Counted from the whole stretch's first letter, positions 1 through 13,386 are shown. The stretch: 63,568 nucleotides of DNA, filler included, from Vannella sp. (GCA_023345925.1; 6 parts of 6 records of this genome joined end to end with filler, not necessarily neighbours in it), one strand, 5' to 3'. Numbers and translations are program-made. Notes: a model not told the origin generated them from the sequence alone.

Positions 1-256
1 CAAGAGGAATCAGCTGAACATGCAAATGCTGCCCACCACGGGAGAGGACATGGCCCTCTTCCAAGTGGACAATCTCACAAAGAGACAATGTGTGTTGGAA
101 AGCAAGCGCTCCGCTCTCCTCGACCAAATGGCGCATCTCCAAGTCTCCCTCGAAGAGTTCAATTCAGAACTGGAAGATCTGAACAATCAGATCGCCACTC
201 TCACTCCCATCGCCCTTCGCATCGGACCCCCCAAACTGGAACCCCTGCAAACATGA
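1..256 (+). CDS. 3' end of a coiled-coil protein (partial, runs off window start)
   Basis: Open frame with heptad-like LLDQMAHLQVSLEEFNSELEDLNNQIATL; the TGA stop overlaps AATAAA. Confidence 0.45.
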   Translation, partial: KRNQLNMQMLPTTGEDMALFQVDNLTKRQCVLESKRSALLDQMAHLQVSLEEFNSELEDLNNQIATLTPIALRIGPPKLEPLQT

Positions 257-308
257 ATAAACCAGGATTGAATTGCAAACTGTTTCCATTTATTTGCATC
301 AAAGGGGG

Positions 309-350
309 AATGGGCGGGAAATTTTCCCGCCCATTTGGAAGAGCGGGAAA
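309..350. promoter_or_regulatory. Palindromic pair plus third copy of E2F-like sites (TTTCCCGC/GCGGGAAA) upstream of XMAP215
   Basis: AATGGGCGGGAAA-T-TTTCCCGCCCATT is a perfect inverted repeat at 309-335; another GCGGGAAA lies at 343-350; ATG at 403. Confidence 0.5.
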
Positions 351-402
351 GGGCACGAAGGAAGCCTCACTTTTTTCGTGTCTTTGGGTTGGACCCGGGC
401 TC

Positions 403-3400
403 ATGGCAGACGAAGATGACTTTGCGGGTCTGCCATTGAATCAGCGTCTTGATCATGCTAAGTGGAACGCAAGAGCCCACGCATACGAGGAGCTTTTCCG
501 AAAGTTCTCGGAGGCGGAGGAGGACACGGCGGCTGTATTCCGAGACTACGGTAAGCAACGCCTCATCAGCTCTTAGGAGAAGCTTCTGACACTGGTTGAA
601 GCAAGAGCTATCAAGCTCATTATGGAGGACAAGAACGTCATCGCTCAGGAGAAGGGAATGCCCGCTTTAGTCATGTGGCTCGACCGTGCTCCCGGCGCAC
701 CGCGTAACGCCCCCGCTATTGGCAAGAAGCTTGTCGAAAAGTGTCTTGGCGCGCGTCCTAAAACCAAGGAGAAGGCTCAGGAGGCTTTACTGCTCCTTGT
801 AGAGCGCGATCAACCAGACGCGGTCCTGGTACGAACTTGTCCTCGCTCCCAAGGCAAGGATATGCACTTACACTGATAGTAGAAGTGTCTGATAGATGGT
901 TCGAAGAACAAGACGCCCAAAATCAGCAGCGCCTGCATCGAACTCATCCGAACAGCCCTCGAGTGAGTCCTCCTTTCCCCCTTTCTCCCTCCCCACTGAA
1001 ACAGCGCGCTCAGAGAGTTCGGAGCAAAAGTAATGTCACCTAAGGCTCTTCTGGCTCTACTCCCAGCGCTCTTCGAGCTCAGTGACAAGAAAGCGCGCGA
1101 AGAAACGATGAGTTTGGCCAAGTTACTGAGCCGCTTCGTGGGTGCTGCCCCGCTCAAGGCCTGTTTGTCAGACCTCCGTTCAGCCCAGCTCAAAGAGCTT
1201 GAAGACTACTTTGCAGCCAACAGCGAACCCGCCAAACCCAAACGATTCACTCGCTCCGTCCAAGAAGCTCACAGAAGTGCCGGGGGTGTCGTAGAAGAAG
1301 AGGAAGAGGCTGAAATGGATGCGTTCAACCTTGTAGCACCCGTTGACATCATGTCAAAGCTCACAGACGAGTGGTTTGAGCTTGTAGAGAGCAAAAAGTG
1401 GAAAGACAGACAAGACCAGTTGACGATTCTCGCCAACCTCGCCAACGCTCCCCGTCTGACACCTCACCCAGATCTTGCAAAGGTCTATCGCGTGCTGAAG
1501 CATGCGATTGCAAAGGATGTGAACATCATGGTCGCCACAACGGCAATGGAATGCACCGGGTTCTTGTCCATCGGTTTACGTGGGGAGTTTGCCAATCCTG
1601 CTAAGTTCTTGGTCCCTGCTATTCTCATCCGATACAAGGAGAAGCGACCTGCTGCTCTCAAAGCCACAAACGATGCGTTAGACGCCATCTATCATGTAAG
1701 GGGTTCTTCTTTCGCAGGCAATGCCCTCGTTCTACTCACCCTCTCACGGTTAGAACTCTCTTCTGTTAGCTGACATGCTGGAAGAGTTGAGCAAAGACAT
1801 CACAGAGCACAAGCTGCCCCAAGTTCGGGCGGAGGAGCTCAAATTCCTGCTGCGTTGCCTCAAAGAGCCTTCTCGGCTCCTCAAGGGTCGCGGACCACCA
1901 GTTGGTAAGAACGATGTCAAGGTGATTGCTCGTACGTGCGTGGCTGGCATGGACGACAGCTCGGGGGAAGTTCGAGATCTGGCAGCGGAGACGCTCGGCA
2001 CACTAACTGGGATTGTCGGAGAGCGTGTCACGCAGCCGTTCTTGGCTAAGTTAGATGGTGTGCGCTTAAAAAAGGTGAAAAGCTACATCCCTGAGGCTTC
2101 TGCACCAGTGGCTTTGCCTGAGACTGTCACTATCTCCCACAAGGACCTGGCTGCCATCAAGAAGACTGCAACACGAGCTTCGCCATCACCTTCTAAACCA
2201 AAGCCTGCCGCCAGTCGCCCAGCCGCATCTTCTACAAAGCCGCCTGCTCGAGCTCCAGCAGCCACCAAGCCAGCAGGTCGACCTGCTCCTGCCTCCAAGC
2301 CAGCTGCCGCAGCTCCTAAAGCAATAGAGAAGCCCCAGGACCCGTTTACTGCCGCTGCTGCATCGATGAACACATCTGACTTCCCGCCTCTCCTCTCCAT
2401 TGAAGAGGCACAACAAGACATTGCCGAGCTCTTAACAGGAACAGTATTGGACCAAGTCAGTGACGCACAATGGCAAACTCGTCAAAGTGGCGTTCAAATC
2501 ATCTGCAAGATGATTCAGCGCTTATTAGAAGACAATCAACTCTCTCAGTATTCTGACTTGCTCGTTCGCCAGCTCCTGACGAAGCCAGGCTTCAAGGAGT
2601 CCAACTTTAATGTTATGAATACGACATTAGAGGCTCTTGACACCATTGCAGATGCCAATAAGAGCATCTCCAAGGGTGCAGCGGCAGAAATCATCGAAGG
2701 AGTCACTCACAAGCTTGCGGATGTCAAGAGTAAGGTCTTGGCTTCACGCTGTCTCAGTTCTCTTGCAGATTGTATTAGTCTGAGGCCACGCTTTGTTATT
2801 GACCACGTCATGAAGCACTCCATGAGCCACCGCAATCCGAAAGTCGTCACCGAAGCTCTCCAATGGATTCTTACCACTGTAGAGGCCTACGGCATTACGA
2901 ACTTGGATATTAGAGGGATTGTAACCTATTGTAAAGACGGTTATGGCAACACCAGCCCTCACGTCCGAACGGCAGCAACAACATTATTGACTTGCTTGCG
3001 CCGATTCGCTGGTCCGGCCGTTCGCGATCTTATTGGGGATGTGAAGCCGGCCATACTCGTGTCTATCGAGAAGGAGTTTGAGAAAGCTGCCAATCTGCCA
3101 GCCCCAGTCCCTACCAAAGCGCCAGGAGGTCAAACGGCCAAGTCAGCAAACGTTTCAGTGACAGCAGCTGCGAGTGCAGCACCTTCTTCCGCCTCTCCTG
3201 CCAACTTTAGTAAGAGTATTTCACCTGCTCTCCTGGCCCAGCTCCGTGATGAAGACTGGCGAGAGCGGAAAGAAGCTCTTTTATTCCTCCAGGCCCTTTT
3301 GCACCGCTTCAAGAGCGCCCCTTTCTCTGCTTCTTTAACGAATGCCCTGGCAGAATGCCTTACTGAGAACAACAGTAGCTTGCTAATGTCAGCACTGGAG

Positions 3401-6400
3401 CTCGCACAGCAATGGATAAGCGCAGTTGGCTCTCCCATTGAAAAGGGACTTTCCTCTTTCCTTCCTCCGCTTCTTCGGTGTCTTGGAGACTCCAAAAAGA
3501 CTGTCCAAGCAGCAGCTATGCAAGCATTGGAGGTGCTTAGCAAGCAAGTAGCAATGTCAGCCATAATCGAATACTGTCAGCCTGACTTGTCCGGACCGGC
3601 CAATCGACTTGTACTCGAATTCCTGGCCCAGAAACTGCCCGGATGTGACTCCCATGTCGACCAAATCCTCCCCTCGTTGGTTGTTCCCTCACTAATCTGC
3701 CTGCAAGACCGAAATCCCGATGTGAGGAAGGCAGCCGTCTCTTTCTTTATGCAAGTTTTGCCCCGATTAGGACAAGAGAGCGTTATGGAGGCCACCCGAA
3801 AGCTGACGCCTGCTATGCAGAAGAACGTGATTCCTACTTTGGAGAAGTTAGCGCCTTCTCGAGCTAAGCCAGCCCAGACGCCCACCAAATCGCCTTACCG
3901 GCAACGCCCGCGCTCAGGAGCGTCAGAAGAGGAGCTTTTGGTCGACACTAGACAGAAGGCAAAACGACAAGAAGGTGTGGTCGATGAGTTTGTGCCGGAA
4001 GTCTCGGAGAGCCGTATAACGCACCTGAAGGGTGCAATGCGAGGGAACATTGCCACTTCGCTGCTGTCTATCATGTTCATTCCTTCCAAATGCATGGCCG
4101 CCACACAACAACTAAAGGAAGCCGCCAACACTCACACGAATGAGACAATTGCCTGTTTAGACCTTTTACTAAGGTGGGCGACGATTCAGATTGCCACTGG
4201 CCCTGCGGATCTTATTGTGGGCGTCTGCAGCTACCTTTCAGAGCTATTCACTATCCTTGATAAGGTGACTTATACTCTGACTAACTTTGAGTCCCAAATC
4301 CTCTTCCCAGCACTGGTTTTCTTCCAAGGCCCTTCTCGGCGCGCTATTCCTCCTGACCAGTACCAAAGCTACTCTAGTGTCTTCACTACAGCGACTAAGA
4401 TATGCCCTATCTCACTGATAAGCGAGTATCTGGCCCAGGGCACCAAACAAGAAGATCCTGATGAAGACACTGTCACTCTAAGTCTGACCGAGTTACTGGC
4501 TCTGTGTCAACGAACCGGAGCTAAAGCTCTTCTGGGGCATCTAACAGATGCAGGAGACTTCCTGAGATACTTGCTATCTCACTTGGAGAACGGAAAAGAG
4601 CGTCTTGAAGATGCTGCTGCGCAATTGCTGTCCGCTTTCCTCCGTGATGCCAGCGAGCAACTATGGACCTTGTTAGAACAAGCAGGACGCTCATTTTCAT
4701 CTTCAGAGCGAGAAGAATTGGAGTCCCGCCTTCAGTCTACCAAGCAAACACCCAAAAAGCCCGTCACTCCTCGCAAGCCCGCCCCGCTCTCATCTTCAGA
4801 GGACTTGATAAGCCCAGAAACCTTTGCAGAATGGTGTGCCATCCTCAAGAGTGGCAAAGTATCGCGCTGCATCCAAGTCTTGAAGCTTCTTTGTCTCAAC
4901 TTGGAGCAAGACCACATTCCTGTGGGAGAGGCTGACCGCCTTGTCCAGCACCTCAGCATCGTAACTGCAAGCATCTTCCTCGAGGCTCCTATGAACGTGC
5001 GATTCTGCAAATACGTTCTCCGCACGTGGCAAGTCACCTTCTCGAAGAAACTGTTCATCAATGCTGTTTCTGTGAAACAGCTTAAACAAGTCGTCCGCCA
5101 GATCCTTCTTGAGCTTCAGAATGACCAACTTACTACCATGAAAGAGGACGGGAAACAAATCACTCAGGCACTGTACAACGCTATTCTTCTGATTCTGAAC
5201 AACTACGACCGCTCTGATGTTTTTGTGGTGTTCTTGGAACTCCTCGGCTCTTCTATGACAGAGGTGCCTTTGGCACCCAAGTATGTGGACTGTTTGGTCA
5301 AGTGTCTGGTCAAACTGGCCAAGACCCTGGGTGCCACTATTCAAACCCTGGACTTGGTCAAGATTCTTGTGGGACTGAATGACTTCTTTGTCAATACGCC
5401 AAAGGACTTGAGCGGCCAGCTCCCTTGCGAACCTCATCGGATGATCAAAACCATTCTCAATGAGATTGTCCGTTTACAAGGGGACCAGTTGCACTCCTTC
5501 TTAGAGAAGGCTTTCCCTGGGGCTGACGTCAATGAGACTCCGGTATGTGCCTATTCTCAGCAGTTCTTGGCGGCTCAGAATAAGCAAAACGGAGGAGAAG
5601 CTCCCGTTGCTACTCCAGTGAACACGCAAACCTCACCTGTTGTCTCGTTGGACACCGAAGAGAAGCAGAAGCTCCTCGAGATCTTCAAGAAGGTTCGTAG
5701 TTCAGACCCGGAAAGCAGCAAAGTAGCATTACTGGAACTGTACCACTTCCAGAAAGTGCACCCCTCCGCAGACTTTGCACCCTTCTTGGAGAAGACGTCC
5801 CAAACCTTCCGGGATCACATCGAGCAATCTCTTGCCTCTATTGCCAAGGAAGAAGAGATCCGGGCAACAAAAGCAACCCCAGAAGAGCCCAGACAATCCC
5901 CAACACTCCAAAATCCGGCGAGCTCCACCGTTATCCAAGCTGCACCTTCTGTCACTGAGCAAACGCCTATTTCCCTCCCTGAACCAGTCCAACAGGAAGT
6001 GGTTCAGCGGGTACCTCTCTCTAACCTAATCTCTGATCCAACCCCGGGAACATCTTCAAGTGACTTGGCGGAATCGTACATGGAAAAGCTCACGCGCCTT
6101 CGCAGCAAGTACAACTCGCGAGGGTAAGTCGCTCTGTTCTTTTGAGACTCACTGACTCACTCTCTTTCTTAGTGCTGCACCGGTAAATGTCACTTCTCGG
6201 CCTCCCGTTGCAGTCAAACCATTTGGTGGACTGGACATGCCCAAGCCAACGTTAACAGACATGAAAAAGCAGCTTCAAGATGTCAAAGCGATGTCTCCTC
6301 AGAAACCTGGGCGGCCTCTCGCTTCCAAACAGCTTTGTGCTCCCGTCCCCGACTCTCCAACTCACTCTTCCACGGCTCTGGCTGACTTGAAGAACCAACT

Positions 6401-6425
6401 GAACCAGCTGAAACTCCATAAATAA
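403..6425 (+). CDS. CKAP5: XMAP215/Dis1/ch-TOG microtubule polymerase (multi-exon)
   Basis: TOG HEAT-A Trp loops (KWNAR, KWKDR, QWQTR, DWRER), KPGFKESNFNV, and the C-terminal XMAP215 helical domain. Introns include 551-601, 829-882, 1696-1753 and one starting at 6124. Confidence 0.93.
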
Positions 6426-6608
6426 TCTTTCCTTTCCCTCTTGGCTCTGCAGAAACGATCTTCTTGATCAGTGACATCCTCAAACCCCACTTGGACCAAC
6501 AAAGTGACTTGGAAGCCACGAAAGAGGGACCAATGGATCATCAGAATACCAGGAAAGAGCGCCATTCTGTTATCGGAAGACTTTCGTACATTTCTGCCCT
6601 TTGAGAGG

Positions 6609-7374
6609 TCACTGAGGAGCGCCTTCTGGCTTGGATTGGGACTTGAAAGTGATTTGCATCTGAAAAGAAGGGTTAAGAAGGAGTAAGTGGATCACATAGA
6701 GGACTTACAGTGAACTTGTTGGTGTTGCGGTCCCAGTTAGTGTACAGAAGATTGTGCTTTTGGTGATCGCGCTCAATGTCCCACGAAGGGATCTTGAAGG
6801 CGATGGTTTCGTAAGGTTCTGCCGCAAAGAGGAGGTAACGGAAGCTGGGATCAGCAGGTTCTTTTCGCTGTTCGTAGCACGACATCACACGGTGCCGTGG
6901 CTGCATCCCCTCTTCAATGCGAGGGTAATCCACATCAAAGAGAAGGGAGTACTGGTCCGTCTCAGGGTTCCTCTGCTTGACAACCTTGTATCCTGGAAGC
7001 CCAATCTTAAGCGTTCGTCTTGGTTCTGCCTTGGGCTTCATCGGGACAAGCAAGCTCCCTTCTGGTTGATCTTTCGCCTCGCGTGCCACTAACACCCCAT
7101 GTAAGCCTCCTCAGCGCCATGAAACGAGACCTAAAGTACCTCTTCTTGCAACGTTCGTCTTGTGCTTCTTTCCCTGAGTATGGGCCAAGTAGTTGCCCTC
7201 GTTGCTGTGCAAAGTCAAGCACAACTTGCACTCGTAGCTGCCAATGTGGTTCTTCATAAAGTAAGGGTCCTTACTAAGATCTACCACATCCGTAGTCAAC
7301 GCTGCAACACGCGCCCGTCGATCCACGTTCGACTGAGAAGCACTCATCAGTCCTCCGCTGCCCGGCTTGCTCAT
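6609..7374 (-). CDS. SF3A2: Splicing factor 3A subunit 2 (SF3a66/Prp11)
   Basis: DLSKDPYFMKNHIGSYECKLCLTLHSNEGNYLAHTQGKKH zinc finger; KIGLPGYKV, FAAEPYETIAFKIP; two introns. Confidence 0.95.
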
Positions 7375-7400
7375 CCCAGCCCAGATAATTATGATTAAAA

Positions 7401-7500
7401 NNNNNNNNNNNNNNNNNNNNNNNNNNNNNNNNNNNNNNNNNNNNTTAATTAATTAANNNNNNNNNNNNNNNNNNNNNNNNNNNNNNNNNNNNNNNNNNNN
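7401..7500. other. Artificial contig spacer (N44-TTAATTAATTAA-N44)
   Basis: Identical 100-nt spacer with stops in all six frames, recurring five times in the window. Confidence 0.98.
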
Positions 7501-7634
7501 TATATAAAACACGTTAATTTCTGGTATTGAGCAGTTTACCACAAATTGGAGCGGGAGGTCCCTTGCACTCCCTCAGTCCCAAGTAACTCTCGTATTGTTC
7601 TGTCAAGATGCGGGCAGAGGAATGGGTGGGACAA

Positions 7635-10600
7635 CTAAAGTGTGACAAAGTCGGGAAGGGGAATGCTTCCCATTGCAGATTCGCAAGCGAGTTCAAGGAC
7701 GAGGGAATCTTGGTAGACTTCGGAGGCTTCCAAGTTGTAGGTCCGGGCATTATTGAACATTTGACGAATGTCCGATAAAAAGGAATCACAAGAAGAGTAG
7801 GAGTTCGTGTTCACTCGTTTCTGGATCTGGCGGAGGTCTATTGGGGACTTAATCAATTGATAGTAGTCAGGGTAGCTCTTTCGAGAGGGCAACACTAAGA
7901 ACAGATGAATGCGGGCCCTTTCCCCATCATAGCACTGTTTCATCGCTTCTATGGCCACTTGCAAAGATGCGTTGAGAGCAGATTGCTGGTCAGGCGGTAA
8001 CTTGGCCACGTTTTGGCGCTTGGGATTGGGCTCCGTTGTTGATAGAGAGGATCGCTGGCGTTGCCGTTTGCGAGGCTTGGAAGGGAGTAGAGCTGAGTCA
8101 TCTGGAAGTTCTGCCTCCTCTAGAATGGCTATTTCATTCACGTCGTCGTCTAGGTCTTGCTGTTGATCCCCAAATGGGTCCAACTCGTCAGTCCATTCGG
8201 GTTTGGTAGAGCGAATGCCAACAACAGTGGGGTCAACACCATTTTCAACCAGTTTGGTGAAGCGGGAATCGCTCATGGTATCATCATAACAGACATCATC
8301 TCGAGAACGCATTCCCCGGCCATACTCAATAGCAACATCATCCACTGGATGCAAAGAAGGCTGAAGCCAAGCTGGGATTTCGTCCTGTGACATCAAAGGA
8401 GCTGGTGCAGGTCCTTCTCCCCCATTAGCCCTCCAACGGTCCTCCCGGTCCTTCACAAGCTGCAAATCAACTTGTGCAAAAAGCTCAGCCTCGTTGTCAC
8501 CACGTGCGAGCATCAAATTGATCTCAGAGTCTGTGGGAATGCGCTCCCTATCTTGTTCTTCATTTGTTCGTTTCAAAAGCTCCATCTTTGTCCAAAGATT
8601 AGTACAGACAAGCGCCTCCTTCGTTGGTATTTCCTTACCAGATAGTCTCTTCGTTGTCCTGCAGAGGAGCGGTCATTGAACATGCCCGCCTGGATAATCT
8701 TTCGGTCCACATCGAGCTTGTGATTAGCTCGAGAAAGAATATCCTCTTCAACAGAGTCAGCTGTGATGAAACGAAGCACGCGGACTTCATTCTTTTGGCC
8801 AATTCGATGGGCTCGGTCCTGCGCTTGTAAGTCGATCTGAGGATTCCAATCGCTGTCAAAGAGAATGACGGTATCAGCTGTCTGAAGGTTCATTCCCAAG
8901 CCACCAGCGCGAGTGGATAGCATAAAGAGAAAGTATTCAGAGTCGGGCATGTTAAAGAGGCGCGTGTACTCTGCTCGCTCTCCTGCTTTTGTGGATCCAT
9001 CTAGTCGAAGGAAACGATAGCCGCGGTAGTCAAAGTAATAGCCCAAGATTGTCATAAGAGAAGTCATTTGCGAGAAGATTAACACTCTGTGGCCCGAGGC
9101 TTTGAGTTTCGGCAAGATCTGGTCAAGAAGAACCAGTTTGCCAGAAGAACGGATCATATCTTCGTTGATTGTATACTCTCCGTTGGGAGAGAATAGGTAA
9201 GGATGGTTGCACACCTTTCTTAGCTGCATTAGTGTGTTCATGAGGGCACCTCTGGCTTGCTGTTTCTCCTCGCCGTTAGGGACAATGCCTTGGTCTTTCA
9301 TGATTTGATACAGTTTTCGCTGCATTCCCGAGTATTGGCAACGAACAACACGCTCCACCTTGGCAGGAAGTTCACTTTCTACCTCCACCTTCAGTCTCCT
9401 GAGCAGGAAAGGTCGCAGGACCTTGTGGAGGCGATGAATAATCAGAAGACTTTCCTCTTCATCCATTTCCACACTCTCACCTGCAGCGGCAAAAGGAGCG
9501 CTGAACCAGTTCTCAAAGTTCTCCACGGAGTTAAAAATGGTCGGCAGAAGGAAGTTCAGAAGCGACCAGAGCTCCGGGATGGAGTTTTGCAACGGAGTTC
9601 CTGTCAAGAGAAGTCGATGGCGAGAGCGATACAGATTAAGGATGGTCGCCAGCTTGGATTTGGCATTCTTCATGCGATGACCTTCATCAACAATGATGTA
9701 GCTCCAATCTACCTTGGAAAGGTAGCGTTTGTCTCGTATGATATACTCAAAAGTAGTCAGAACCACGTTGAATTTGGTGCTGACCATTGTGCTGTTGTAA
9801 AGTTCTTTACGCTCTTTTGGTGTACCTAAGTAGACCACATTGATTATGGAAGGGGCCCATTGCTTCAGCTCTTTCTCCCAATTGGGCATCACACCCAAAG
9901 GTACTGCCAGAAGGAACGGGCCGCCACACCCTTTCTTCTCCATGAGGTAAGCCAGTAACGAGATCGTTTGGATGGTCTTCCCAAGGCCCATTTCATCGGC
10001 AAGGACACCGTTGAGCCCATTGTTGTACAGAGACACCATCCATTGAAGGCCTTTGATCTGATAAGGCTTCAAAGTGCCTCCAACCAAACAGTCAGGCTGC
10101 TTTTGAATATCCTCCTTAATCGTATGTGCAGTGGTGTAGTAAGCTTTGGTAGACTCCAACTGGTTCGCTTGTGCCTCTTCTTCGAGGACTAAACGACGTT
10201 TCTCCTCTGCAGTCAGGCTATTCAAGTCGATGGGGCCATTCCCTGTCGCCTTGTCCTTTCCATCCTTCGTCTTAGCCTCTCTAACAAGAGCGCCGATTTG
10301 GTTGAGATATTCGTCAGTCTGACGCAAAAGCTGTGAAAGACGGTCATTCTTCGTCTTTTCGAGGAGTTTGAGATAGGCCACTTCGTCATTCTCTTTGAGA
10401 GCGCGGAGTCGCTCCTTCTCTTCCTTCTCCTTCTGCTGTGTTTCTTTGCGGGAGCGGGAGGCGTGAAAGGTGAGCAAAGAGCGGGTTATACGACGTGTTT
10501 TTTGGGTGACGCTGGTGTGGAACTCTCGGAAAGCCTTGCAGTGAACCGACATTGCCTCCAAAAACTCTCGACGACTCTTTTTCTGGTGTTTGTTCCCATC

Positions 10601-11350
10601 TTGGTTGGGCCCCAACCCATCTACCGTGTTGAAACCGCCAGTTGCAGCATGTGCGCCTTGTGTTCGGCGGTAGCAAGACGGATGGACCGTATTTGACAGA
10701 GCCAGCGCACATTTCAGTTCGTGTGCAACATCCGCACGGACTTGCCGTTGCTTGTGAAGTAGGCGCATGCGTGTAAGCTCCAAGTCCGCAGCCTGCCGCA
10801 TTGAATGAGGCAAATCTGTGGGAAGGGCTGCATACAGTGAGCCAAAGCTTTCTATCAACATGATGGTGGGCTAAGGAGGGCCTACCTTGAAGTTCCCGCA
10901 ATCGCGCTTCCTGCTTAGCTTGAATGAGGAGATCCAGCGAGTACTTGCTCCCTGGGAGGCTGTGATGCCCTACAGAAGCTGGCATGACGTGAGTGAGGTG
11001 TAATTGGTGATGTTTTCCTTACAAGAGGGCCGCAGAGTAGAGAGAACAGCAGGAGAGACGGGAACGTTTCGCGAGAGTTTCCGATACGAAGCGATCTGAA
11101 GCTGCAGCTGGAGGAGACTCTTTGGCTCCAATGTACAGTTGATGTTCGTTGACACTGCAGCTGGTACAGCTCCCTCTAGCAGCTTTCCCCTTCCCCTGCT
11201 CTCCAAAAAGACTTTCGACAAGTCCTGAGCTGCCAAGAGGGCCAACAGCATGTGGTAGCGCTTATCATCCATCAATCCCTTGTCCTTCATAGCATCAAGC
11301 GCGTCCAGACAGCCCCAGATCTGCTCCTCGTTGAGGACCACGTCTTCCAT
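7635..11350 (-). CDS. SNF2: SWI/SNF catalytic ATPase (SNF2/BRM/BRG1) with QLQ, HSA, SNF2 helicase, SnAC and bromodomain
   Basis: QLQLQIASYRKLSRN (QLQ), ERLRALKENDEVAY (HSA), LADEMGLGKTIQ, DEGH, QAQDRAHRIGQ, YPDYYQLIKSPIDL...NARTYN (bromodomain). Confidence 0.95.
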
Positions 11351-11429
11351 GGCGCGGAGGGAAAGAATGGCCTCTCAGGGGCTCTCAGGGGCTCTTTGTA
11401 GCTCGCAATAGGAAGGTTTATAGTCTCCT

Positions 11430-13309
11430 CTAACGGAGGAACTCGCTACTGTCACTGATGTAACCGATAGAGGACTCCCGGTACTCCCTTGTGAGGCCAC
11501 TGGGAAGGTTTGTGGAGAACGTGCCGGGAGGGATGAGCGGGTCCTCGTCCTCTACGTAGTGGCGGTTGGGAGGGAACTGCTTGAAGGATGTGAAGGCCAT
11601 GTACACGATGGGGATGAAGAAAAGGAACTGGATGAGGTGAGGGACGGGCGATTGGAAGTTAAGGCAGCGAGGAAGGACATACTTCGAGGATACTAAGACC
11701 AACCATGAGCTCACCCCAGCTGTAGCCGTATTTAGCTACTAAAGAGGGGAAGATGAAGAGGATAATGGACCCCTGAAGGGACGTTGAGTGACTGTCCCTC
11801 TCTGCGCCAGCGAGGGTCTTACCATGACGAACTGGACAGCAAGGAGGCCTGCGTTGACAGCACTGGACTGACCAGGCACCTCCTCCAAGCAGAACATGAG
11901 CATGGGAGGCGTTGTTGCGTTACGGAGGAAGCCAATGAGAGCTGTGAAGAAGATAGCCAGCCAGATGTTATACTGGAGGGTGTATCCCCACCCAATGAAG
12001 GCGGGAAGGCACAAGAAGTTCCACACAACGGAGGAAACAAGGGTTCCACTCACTCCTATCCGCTTCTTGAGGATGTTTGTCGTGATCCCGCCACTGACAG
12101 CCCCCAAGGCCGATCCCACTGCAAAGGGAACAAGAGAAAGTCCAATGACAATCTCACTCGCGCCGTAGTAGTCAGGGAACGTCAGAGGGATGGCTGACAC
12201 AGTCATGTACATCGCTGCAAAGCCTGGCGAGAGCTGTGATAAGTAAGGGTCTTAGAAGAGACTGTACACGTACCAAGTCCTTGCACAATAGCATTGGGGA
12301 GGACGCGAGGACGAAGCATGATCGTGATTGGTGCCCAAGGTTTGAGTTTGAGGCCTTCATAGGACTCGAGTGAGTGATTGATGGGGTTCTAAGAGAAGCT
12401 TACGCTTTGCTCTTTCTTTGTAGAGGGTCTCAGGGAGCATGAAGAGGATGATGATCATGCTAAACACTCCCAAGAAGGCTTGCAGCAAGGAGGTGCTTCT
12501 CCAACCGAAGAAGAACACTAAGATCCCTCCAATTGGAGGTGCTACACTCTTTCACGTCAGTGGACAGCCAGGGGGAGTGGATGATCCCCTTACCAAGGAG
12601 GACGGACATGAATCCAGGCAGATTGCGCACTCCCTTGAGCCCGAGAGCATGTCAGAGGCGTCTGTCTCGTCTGTAGCTGACACGTACCAACCAAAAGGCG
12701 CGTTCCTTCTCCCGGAAGATGTCGGAGAGGATGCCAGTCACAACAACAAAGAAAGCAGCGAGCGGGATGGCAATCAGAGAGCGAAGGATGATGATTCCCC
12801 AGATCGTTTGGTTCCATGAGTTGACGTAGTTCAGAATGGCATACAAGAGAAGGTTCTATCAGCCCCCCTTCGTGAGCAGAGAACGTCTGAAAGGACCAGA
12901 CAGAGCCACGTACCACGACAAGCAGCCATTTCCGCGAGTACTTGTCAGAGATAGGTCCCCATAGGATAGGAACGATGCCTGATAGGAAAGAGTAGATAGA
13001 GAGGGTCAAAGTAGCTTGTAAGGGGGTGGGATTGTACTCGCTGTCGATCGCAGGCAACGCAGGGAGGAAGAGAGAGCCACAGAGGAACTGAAGGAGCCCT
13101 GGAAGGGCACAGAGCCAGAAGATCTTCGTCCGCGTGGGTCCAGCCCTTCCATTGTCCAAAGGATCCCACCGACAGAACCACTCCTCCCCTGGCTCACGTT
13201 CTAAGCTTACAGATGGTACTCCCCCTTGAATGTCATCCGAAGTGTGCATATCCTCGCCCCCGTAGCTGTCATCCCAGCCCTCTTCTGGAGGGTTCTTTTG
13301 GATGGTCAT
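11430..13309 (-). CDS. Major facilitator superfamily transporter (DHA1-like), multi-exon
   Basis: FLPALPAI, WGPISDKYSRK motif A, GILSDIF..KER, PPIGG, many hydrophobic helices. Confidence 0.85.
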
Positions 13310-13386
13310 CCAGCAAATGAACGTCTAAAATCAGATTTGAGGAGGATTTTTGGTGATGATAATTAATTTGGGCCATTTCTTGGTCG

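Noticed and set aside
877..885. Apparent in-frame stops between ORF fragments suggesting an alternative genetic code
   Set aside because: Explained by short GT-AG introns. TAA, TAG and TGA all end conserved proteins, and ORFs of 1450 and 2155 aa are open under the standard code.
7401..7500. TTAATTAATTAA palindrome flanked by Ns, recurring five times
   Set aside because: Artificial concatenation linker. Gene neighbourhoods and ORFs crossing these spacers (e.g. 34749-34970, 61280-61501) are not biological.
11372..11395. CTCTCAGGGG x2 upstream of SNF2
   Set aside because: Too short to distinguish from chance or slippage; no recurrence noticed elsewhere.
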